From: Acidimicrobiales bacterium | GTDB lineage: Bacteria; Actinomycetota; Acidimicrobiia; Acidimicrobiales; Acidimicrobilacustridaceae | Assembly: GCA_044339605.1 (NCBI GenBank) | Contig: JBIIVE010000001.1 | Location: 12,582-76,581 of the forward strand | Length of the DNA: 64,000 nucleotides | Reading direction: 5' to 3' | Shown: in pieces, positions 57,459 through 64,000 of the stretch | Numbering within the stretch: position 1 is the first letter of the stretch | Layout of the letters: every line of letters begins with the position of its first letter | Translations under genes and position numbers: made by a program | The notes under the pieces: model-generated | Database searches by the model: none | What the model was told of the DNA's origin: nothing | Seen by the model: only the letters and a program-made list of their open reading frames with translations

Positions 57459-58112
57459 TTAGGGATTCAGCCGTTCGATGCTCCAACCAGTCGGCTGCGA
57501 GGCGTCGGCGGTGTAGCGGAATCGATCGTGCAATCGTGACTGTCGGCCTTGCCAGAACTCAATCTCGCTCGGCAGCACACGAAATCCACCCCAATGGGGA
57601 GGACGAGGAACGTCCACGCCCTCGAAACGCTCGTCAGTTTCCGCCCAGCGCGATTCAAGTACCGAACGGTTGGCCATCACGTCACTTTGCTGTGAGGCCC
57701 ACGCACCGATCTGACTGCCGCGCGGTCGGGTACTGAAGTACTCATCACTTTCCGCCTCGGTGACTTTCTCAACAGCGCCAATCACTCGAACCTGGCGAGA
57801 AAGAATGTTCCAAGGGAAACAGATTGACGCCTGGGGATGATCGGTCAGTTCACGACCCTTCTGACTCGTGTAGTTCGTGAAGAACACAAAGCCGTGATCC
57901 AAACCTTTCAGCAGCACATGGCGGGACGACGGCATTCCGTCAGCACCAACGCTCGAAAGCACCATGGCATGAGGCTCATGAGTGTTCACGCTCTTGGCGA
58001 ACTCAAACCATGCATCGAACTGCGCAAAGGGATCGTCAAGTAACTCGGCACGGCGCAAGCCCTTTTCCTGGAGTTCCGCACGTAGGAGATCAAGTTCCGG
58101 GGCTGCGCTCAT
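57459..58112 (-). CDS. pdxH: Pyridoxamine 5'-phosphate oxidase
   Basis: RHVLLK, FFTNYTSQKG, RQVR, EFWQGRQSRLHDR. Confidence 0.95.
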   Translation of the reverse strand: MSAAPELDLLRAELQEKGLRRAELLDDPFAQFDAWFEFAKSVNTHEPHAMVLSSVGADGMPSSRHVLLKGLDHGFVFFTNYTSQKGRELTDHPQASICFPWNILSRQVRVIGAVEKVTEAESDEYFSTRPRGSQIGAWASQQSDVMANRSVLESRWAETDERFEGVDVPRPPHWGGFRVLPSEIEFWQGRQSRLHDRFRYTADASQPTGWSIERLNP

Positions 58113-58155
58113 AGATCCAGTTCACTCCACACTGGCGATGAACGCCAAGCGCAGC

Positions 58156-58527
58156 TCACCACGAACGACCGATAGCGATTCCCACAGCGGCGGCAACTCC
58201 GCCACCGATCACCATTGCCGCCGTCCACTGCAGCAACATCCGTTGATTGCGATCATTCAGCAAGCCGGCAAGTTCGGCCGCAAACGTCGAGAACGTGGTG
58301 AATGCACCACAGAACCCGGCAGCAACACCGAGCCGGAGGTTTTCGTCAATCGTTCGCGTTGCGGCAACTCCGACAACGATTCCGAGAACAAATGAACCGA
58401 GAAGGTTCACAAAGAGAATGCCGATTGACGGACCCTTAGGGAACCAACGCCTTAGGCCAATGTCCACCGCGTGGCGGCTCGTTGCCCCGAATGCACCTGC
58501 GAGTCCAACGATGAGCCAGCCGCTCAT
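58156..58527 (-). CDS. crcB: Fluoride channel FluC (copy 2)
   Basis: VNLLGSF, GFCGAFTTFSTF. Confidence 0.92.
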   Translation of the reverse strand: MSGWLIVGLAGAFGATSRHAVDIGLRRWFPKGPSIGILFVNLLGSFVLGIVVGVAATRTIDENLRLGVAAGFCGAFTTFSTFAAELAGLLNDRNQRMLLQWTAAMVIGGGVAAAVGIAIGRSW

Positions 58528-58925
58528 GACCCGACCTCGAGGTGCACGACCCGGCGAGTGAGGCGCATCGACGTCATGGCCACAAACACTCCACCAACAA
58601 CAGAAACGATCACATACGCGAGTGCGGTAACCGGTTTCGATTGCCGAAGCAGCTCTGCGCTCTCAACCGTGAAGGTCGAGAACGTAGTGAACGCGCCGAG
58701 AATGCCGGTGCCAAGGAACGAATGTGTGAGCAGTCGCGGCGGCTGTCGATCAAGAAAAAGCACCAGCACAACACCGATCAGCGCGGATCCAACAAGATTG
58801 ATCGCAAGTGTCGTTGTTGGGAATGTTCCTGATGCAACGGGAAACCACACGGATAATCGCCAACGCATCCACGATCCAAGAACGCCGCCGACCGCGATGA
58901 CAGCGAATCGACGAAGAAGAATCAC
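58524..58925 (-). CDS. crcB: Fluoride channel FluC (copy 1)
   Basis: GGVLGSWMRW, INLVGS, GILGAFTTFSTF; GTG start just after serS. Confidence 0.92.
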   Translation of the reverse strand: MILLRRFAVIAVGGVLGSWMRWRLSVWFPVASGTFPTTTLAINLVGSALIGVVLVLFLDRQPPRLLTHSFLGTGILGAFTTFSTFTVESAELLRQSKPVTALAYVIVSVVGGVFVAMTSMRLTRRVVHLEVGS

Positions 58926-58932
58926 GTGAGGA

Positions 58933-60225
58933 TCAGCCGATTGAGGTTGCGCCGCGCATGTACGGCTGCAGAACCTCGGGAATACGCACGGTGCCATCGG
59001 GCTGGCGATGAGTTTCAACAACCGCGGCCCAAACACGGGGAACGGCAAGCGCAGAACCATTCAACGTGTGGGCGACCTCGTTGCCCTTCGCACCCTCAAC
59101 CTTGTAACGAATGTTGGCGCGACGAGCCTGATAATCGGTAAACCACGACACCGACGAAACTTCAAGCCACTGGTCGACACCCGGCGCATAGACCTCGATG
59201 TCGAAGGTGCGGGCGGAGGAGTTACCGATGTCGCCGGTGCAAAGGTCGAGTACTCGGTAGGTAAGTCCGAGTGCACCAATAAGCCCTTCAGCGCGGGCAA
59301 GTAGTTCTTCGTGGAGTGCAGGCGCTTGTTCGGGCGTCGAGTACGCAAGGATCTCGACCTTGTCGAACTCGTGCACGCGCAACAAGCCACGGGTGTCGCG
59401 TCCGGCCGAACCAGCTTCACGACGGAAGCATGCGGTTTGCGCCATAAGGCGCATCGGGAGATCGGCACCGCGCAGAATTTCATCACGCGCTAACGACGTG
59501 AGCGGAACTTCGGCAGTGGGGATGGCCCAAAGGTCGTCGCGTTCGAGGTGGTACGCGTCGTCGATGAACTTCGGAAGATGACCAGTGCTGATCATTGTTT
59601 CGGTCAGTACCACGGTGGGTGGGCGAACCTCTTCGAACGCATCGGCATTGCGATCGAGCGCAGCCTGACACAGGGCACGAGACAACGTGGCGCCCTGGCC
59701 GCGGAACATCGTGAACATCGCGCCCGACATCTTCACTGCTCGTTCCAAATCGAGAATGCCAAGTTCGGTACCGATGTCCCAGTGTGGAACACGTTGGTGT
59801 TCGGCCCACGCAGCCGGATCGTCGCCAACACCGACGCGCTTCACTTCGACGTTGTCGGCTTCGCCTTTACCATCGGGGCAATCGGGTGATGGAAGATTCG
59901 GGATGTGCAGCAGAAGTTCGCGCATCTGACCAGCGACCTCGTCGGCCACGGCGGTCACTTCACGCTCGCGCTCGCCGAGGGCGCGGCTTTGTTCCTGTAA
60001 CGCTTCGGCGCCGGCCGCATCACCATCGCGGCGCAACTGACCGACCTCTTTGGACAATCCGTTGACCTGTGCTCGTAGATCGTCACGTTCGGCGGCGATC
60101 TGACGACTCTTTTCATCGAGTTCGGCCACCTGAGCGAGGTCGCGCAGGGCCCCTTCGTCGCCACGTCGGGCAAGCGAGGCTCGAACAGCGTCGTACTCGG
60201 AACGGATTCGGCGAACGTCGATCAC
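58933..60225 (-). CDS. serS: Serine-tRNA ligase
   Basis: MIDVRRIR, IPTAEVPL, FRREAG, RVHEFDKVE, EVSSVS, HTLNGS. Confidence 0.97.
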   Translation of the reverse strand: MIDVRRIRSEYDAVRASLARRGDEGALRDLAQVAELDEKSRQIAAERDDLRAQVNGLSKEVGQLRRDGDAAGAEALQEQSRALGEREREVTAVADEVAGQMRELLLHIPNLPSPDCPDGKGEADNVEVKRVGVGDDPAAWAEHQRVPHWDIGTELGILDLERAVKMSGAMFTMFRGQGATLSRALCQAALDRNADAFEEVRPPTVVLTETMISTGHLPKFIDDAYHLERDDLWAIPTAEVPLTSLARDEILRGADLPMRLMAQTACFRREAGSAGRDTRGLLRVHEFDKVEILAYSTPEQAPALHEELLARAEGLIGALGLTYRVLDLCTGDIGNSSARTFDIEVYAPGVDQWLEVSSVSWFTDYQARRANIRYKVEGAKGNEVAHTLNGSALAVPRVWAAVVETHRQPDGTVRIPEVLQPYMRGATSIG

Positions 60226-60264
60226 GGTTCTGAACCGTAGTCGTCGGCCCGGTAGCGTCAGATC

Positions 60265-61236
60265 GTGGTTTCTTCTGCTTCTCAACCTGCGATCGAGGTC
60301 ACCGACCTCACCGTTCGCTACGGCGATCGAGTTGCCGTCAATGGACTGTCCTTTCAGGCCATGCCCGGGCAGATCACCGCACTCCTTGGTCCCAATGGCG
60401 CGGGCAAAACCTCAACCGTCGAAACCCTCGAGGGCTATCGACGCCCCACCGCCGGTTCGGTTCGGGTTCTGGGACTCGACCCTGTGGCCGAACATCGTCA
60501 GCTCGTCGCCCGCATCGGCGTGATGTTGCAGTCCGGCGGCGTTGCGACCGGCATGCGGCCAGCCGAAGCGCTGCATCTGTCTGCTTCGTACTACGACAAC
60601 CCCATCGACCCCGATGAACTGCTTGATCTCGTCGGGTTGGCTGATCATCGCTCCTCGACCTGGCGTTCCATGTCTGGCGGCGAACAGCAGCGGCTCTCAC
60701 TCGCACTCGCATTAGTCGGGCGACCCGATGTCGCGTTCCTCGATGAGCCCACCGCCGGCATCGACCCTTCTGGCCGCCAACTGATTCGACGGATCATCTC
60801 CAAACTTCGCGATCGCGGCGTCGCAGTGCTGCTTACGACCCACGATCTTGAAGAAGCCGAAAAGCTCGCCGACCACGTGGTCATCATCGATCACGGCGTT
60901 GTGCTCGCCGATGGAACACCCACTGAACTTATGCGCGCGTCGCAAGGTGACGATGTTCGATTCGGCGCGCCTTCGGGCCTCGACGTTTCTTCGCTTGGCG
61001 ATCACATCGGCGCTGTGGTTACCGAAGCCTCACCAGGCGAATACGTCGTTGCTTCCGCGGCAACACCAGCGATGGTTGCCGCTATCACTGCATGGCTGGC
61101 TGAGATGGATCTCCCCTTGGCCGATTTGCGCGCCGGGCGGCAGCGTCTTGAAGACGTGTTCTTGCGCCTCACCGCTGACGCCGCAGAGCCTGCGACAGAA
61201 CCCGCAGCCACCCGTCGACGGAGGTCGCGTCGATGA
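60265..61236 (+). CDS. ABC-2 transporter ATP-binding subunit
   Basis: GPNGAGKT, MSGGEQQR, LDEPT, TTH. Confidence 0.95.
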   Translation: MVSSASQPAIEVTDLTVRYGDRVAVNGLSFQAMPGQITALLGPNGAGKTSTVETLEGYRRPTAGSVRVLGLDPVAEHRQLVARIGVMLQSGGVATGMRPAEALHLSASYYDNPIDPDELLDLVGLADHRSSTWRSMSGGEQQRLSLALALVGRPDVAFLDEPTAGIDPSGRQLIRRIISKLRDRGVAVLLTTHDLEEAEKLADHVVIIDHGVVLADGTPTELMRASQGDDVRFGAPSGLDVSSLGDHIGAVVTEASPGEYVVASAATPAMVAAITAWLAEMDLPLADLRAGRQRLEDVFLRLTADAAEPATEPAATRRRRSRR

Positions 61237-61961
61237 AAGCGCTACTGGCACAGACGCGTTCTGAATTGATGCTCAGTCTGCGCAATGGTGAACAGTTGCT
61301 CGTCAACGTCGCGATTCCACTTTTACTGCTGGTGTTCTTCTCTGCGGTGAAGGTTCTGCCGATTCCGGCAGGCGTCGACAAGCGCGTTGATTTTCTTGCT
61401 CCCGGCATCATTGCGCTTGCAGTGATGTCGAATGCCATGGTTGCACTCGCCATTGGAACCGGTTTCGAACGGCATTACAAAGTGCTCAAGCGCCTTGGCT
61501 CAACGCCACTTGGTCGCGGGCGTTGGGTGCTGGCCAAGATCGGAATGGTGAAGATTCTTCTCATTCTGCAGATCGCTCTCATCGTGATCGCCGCATTTCT
61601 TCTCGGCTGGAACCCAGGCGGTACGCCGTTGCTAGCTCTTCCCGCTGTCGTGCTCGGTGCGTTTGCGTTCGGTGGAATCGGCCTACTGATGGCCGGCACG
61701 TTGCGGGGCACGGTGACCCTTGCACTGGCAAACGGTCTCTATCTGGTGCTTCTTCTGCTGGGCGGAATGATCATTCCGTTCAGTGAAATGCCGGGTTTCT
61801 TTGGCACCATCGGCAAGGTGCTGCCATCGGGAGCCCTCAGCGAGGTGCTGCAATCGTGTCTGCGGAGTGGCGCTGAACCTGCAGGCTCGGCCTGGATCGT
61901 GCTTGCCGTATGGGCTGTTCTTGCGCCGCTCGCAGCAGTGAAATTCTTTCGCTGGGAGTAA
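61233..61961 (+). CDS. ABC-2 transporter permease
   Basis: Six TM segments, ER…LKRLGSTPL. Confidence 0.9.
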   Translation: MKALLAQTRSELMLSLRNGEQLLVNVAIPLLLLVFFSAVKVLPIPAGVDKRVDFLAPGIIALAVMSNAMVALAIGTGFERHYKVLKRLGSTPLGRGRWVLAKIGMVKILLILQIALIVIAAFLLGWNPGGTPLLALPAVVLGAFAFGGIGLLMAGTLRGTVTLALANGLYLVLLLLGGMIIPFSEMPGFFGTIGKVLPSGALSEVLQSCLRSGAEPAGSAWIVLAVWAVLAPLAAVKFFRWE

Positions 61962-62861
61962 TTACGTCGGTGACGTCTTGCGGGGAGTACCGGACGGCAA
62001 CGAATCAAGGCCTCCGCGTTCGCCTTCTTCCCATTCGAGAATCTGGCGTTCAGTGAGATAGAGACCCTCTTGATCGGCGTTGTGGTGTCGCGCCGCCCAA
62101 CGGAAGAACAGCACACCGATAATTCCCCAAAGGTACGCAGCTTCAATCACTTTCATAATGAGGCCAGCAGCTTCTTGATCGCTCTTCGCCGAGATCCCCC
62201 ACAAGCGAATGGGCTGGTCGTACGCGTCGTACACCACCGTGTGCGAGAGCCACAGCCACGCTGCCGGAAGTGTCGGAAGAAGTGATTGGGCAAACAGATA
62301 CACCATCTGACCTGGTATCGAAAGCCGCAACTGCGGCCAAGGTCCGCATACCGGTAGCCACATGATGAGCGCGGTAACGACGAAGAGGACATGTGCAGTG
62401 AAATGGAATGGGCCGCTCGATGTCGAGGTATTCACGAACTGCGGCATATGGCTGAGCATGTTGAACGAGTTGAACAACGCAAACGCCAAAATCGGTGTTG
62501 CGAGTACTTGGATAACTCGCCATAACCGTCCACCTGACGCCACAAAAAGTTCAGCTAGCCACGTTGGACACGAAAGGAGAAAGAGCGGCGGGACAACCAT
62601 TGTCAGCACAAGGTGCTGAAACATGTGTCCTGAATACAGCCGTTGCTCAGCGATGTCATGAAGCGGCCACACCGACACCGCCGTCATAAACGCAACAGCC
62701 AACCAAAATGAAACGGCCTGACGTCTCGACACAACCTGAGTGCCCGGCTCGACAACTTTCGGACCAATCACTTTCGCTACGAAGAGACCGCCGGCCACTA
62801 TCGCCAGCAACAATCCCCAGACTTCCCAATGGGCTGCGAATGAGGGCATCGCTGAGAACAT
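61962..62861 (-). CDS. ctaG: Cytochrome c oxidase assembly factor (caa3 CtaG)
   Basis: HMFQHL, DQEAAGLIMK; follows oxidase subunits. Confidence 0.85.
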   Translation of the reverse strand: MFSAMPSFAAHWEVWGLLLAIVAGGLFVAKVIGPKVVEPGTQVVSRRQAVSFWLAVAFMTAVSVWPLHDIAEQRLYSGHMFQHLVLTMVVPPLFLLSCPTWLAELFVASGGRLWRVIQVLATPILAFALFNSFNMLSHMPQFVNTSTSSGPFHFTAHVLFVVTALIMWLPVCGPWPQLRLSIPGQMVYLFAQSLLPTLPAAWLWLSHTVVYDAYDQPIRLWGISAKSDQEAAGLIMKVIEAAYLWGIIGVLFFRWAARHHNADQEGLYLTERQILEWEEGERGGLDSLPSGTPRKTSPT

Positions 62862-62927
62862 GGTCTCAGTCTTGTGCGTGTGAGTGCACCTGACCAGTCA
62901 GGGACAACTTTCGCTCTGGCGGTACTT

Positions 62928-63269
62928 CTAGAACCAAAAACGGAAGGTCGTCAACATCGCGATGTACACAAGCACCGCAAGGACCAAGCCCGAATAGAAG
63001 ATGCGAGTCAGGATCGGCTTGTCGAACTTCAGATGCATGAAGATGTAGAGGATCGTGAAGAGCTTCACGGCCATCAGGATCATGAGCACCGGGATAAGGA
63101 GTTCCTCGGCCCACAGCGGAAAATCCGGCGCGGTATAGGTGAAGACTTCGATGATGGTGAGAACTGCGAGGAAGATCGCGGTCAGGACATAGACCTTGTC
63201 GCGCGAATAGTCCTTGACTGCACCATCGAGAACAGTGGTGGGGACGTCGTCATGTGAGGTAATGGTCAT
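62928..63269 (-). CDS. Cytochrome c oxidase subunit IV (caa3-type)
   Basis: LTIIEV, VKLFTILYIFMHLKFD. Confidence 0.85.
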   Translation of the reverse strand: MTITSHDDVPTTVLDGAVKDYSRDKVYVLTAIFLAVLTIIEVFTYTAPDFPLWAEELLIPVLMILMAVKLFTILYIFMHLKFDKPILTRIFYSGLVLAVLVYIAMLTTFRFWF

Positions 63270-63283
63270 GTGATGCTCCTCGA

Positions 63284-63919
63284 TCAGGTTGGGATGAGGT
63301 ACACGACGGCGAAGATGACGACCCAAACGACATCAACGAAGTGCCAGTACAGGCCGACGATTTCGACGGTCTCAGCCTTATGTTCCGGAATCTTGCCTCG
63401 CAGCGACAGCAGCACAACCGAGACAAGCATGATGATGCCGACCGTGACGTGGATGCCATGGAAGCCAGTGAGTGTGTAGAACGCTGAACTGAATCGGCTG
63501 GTGGTAAACCCGAGACCTTCGCGAACGAACACAGTGAATTCGTAGATCTGACCCGCCAAGAACGTTGCGCCAAGAACAGCAGTTGCTCCGAGCCAGACGC
63601 GCATGCGCTGATGCTCTCCGCGCTCGATGGCCGAAACAGCCAACACCATGGTGAGTGACGACATGAGAAGAACGAACGACGAGGTTGACGTAAACGGAAT
63701 ATCGAAAATTTCGTCTGGGGTCGGACCTTGAAGCGGACGCCTGTACAGCAGATAGGTGGTGATCAAACCGCCGAACAACAAGCACTCTGACGCCAGGAAC
63801 AGCCACATGCCCAACTTCGTGTTGGAAATGCCGGTGTTGGTGTCGGCATCGATATGCGCGTGCGCCTGATGCGCGTCGGCGTCAGCCAATGTCGGACGGG
63901 AGGTGAGAGTTTCAGCCAA
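63284..63919 (-). CDS. ctaE: Cytochrome c oxidase subunit III
   Basis: GMWLFLASE, FYTLTGFHGIHV, GLYWHFVDVVW. Confidence 0.95.
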   Translation of the reverse strand: MAETLTSRPTLADADAHQAHAHIDADTNTGISNTKLGMWLFLASECLLFGGLITTYLLYRRPLQGPTPDEIFDIPFTSTSSFVLLMSSLTMVLAVSAIERGEHQRMRVWLGATAVLGATFLAGQIYEFTVFVREGLGFTTSRFSSAFYTLTGFHGIHVTVGIIMLVSVVLLSLRGKIPEHKAETVEIVGLYWHFVDVVWVVIFAVVYLIPT

Positions 63920-64000
63920 CGGTCTCGACCTCCTTCACTGCGTCTGCGGAGTCGGGAACCGCGGCGTCGCCGCCATCGGAAGCATGAGCATCGGGGCCAT
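63912..64000 (-). CDS. C-terminal tail of the upstream gene (probably oxidase subunit I), partial
   Basis: Frame …GPDAHASDGGDAAVPDSADAVKEVETVG* overlaps the ctaE TTG start; identity comes only from operon order. Confidence 0.45.
   Translation of the reverse strand, partial: GPDAHASDGGDAAVPDSADAVKEVETVG

Noticed and set aside
58125-58155. GGCGATGAACGCC resembling the start of a fluoride riboswitch
   Set aside because: It lies downstream of fluC on the wrong strand and lacks the rest of the pseudoknot
1-64000. CRISPR arrays, IS elements, prophage, rRNA
   Set aside because: No repeat-spacer periodicity, transposase/integrase/phage motifs or rRNA signatures seen

Overview
A 64 kb stretch of core chromosome from a high-GC actinobacterium. 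Gene content, synteny and protein style point to Acidimicrobiia (inference). In order it carries clpC; a coaX-nadC-nadB-panD-panC-panG-folK-folB-[X]-folP-folE-hpt-tilS cofactor block; sigH/sigR-rsrA directly behind tRNA-Thr(CGT); holB-tmk-MFS-topA; nhaA; a bldG-like STAS gene, a DUF1998 helicase and a tad/ssd/HAD locus; a group 1/2 sigma-70; and a nitrogen cluster (nadE, glnE, glnA1, glnA2, glnR). It continues with csp, ridA, a very short 2Fe-2S/molybdopterin fusion, erpA/mrp, whiB7 with a uORF attenuator, tlpA-ccdA, an F420-type LLM enzyme, pdxH, tandem fluC, serS, an ABC-2 transporter and the end of a caa3-type oxidase operon. I saw no CRISPR array, transposase, integrase or rRNA. Leaderless TANNNT-6/7 nt-start promoters are pervasive. 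The best candidates for new biology are: (1) a CCA-less tRNA ending 3 nt before the sigH start codon, so tRNA processing could create the sigma-factor mRNA; (2) a Cys-less PTP-fold protein coupled inside the folate operon; (3) a fully resolvable whiB7 attenuator; (4) a miniaturised molybdo-hydroxylase next to ridA; (5) a glnA2-glnR operon in which GlnA2 has an Arg-to-Gln change at a catalytic position; (6) a secreted protein ending in PAFTG with no anchor. All calls were made by eye and from recalled motifs. No searches were run, and refined start codons are my inference.
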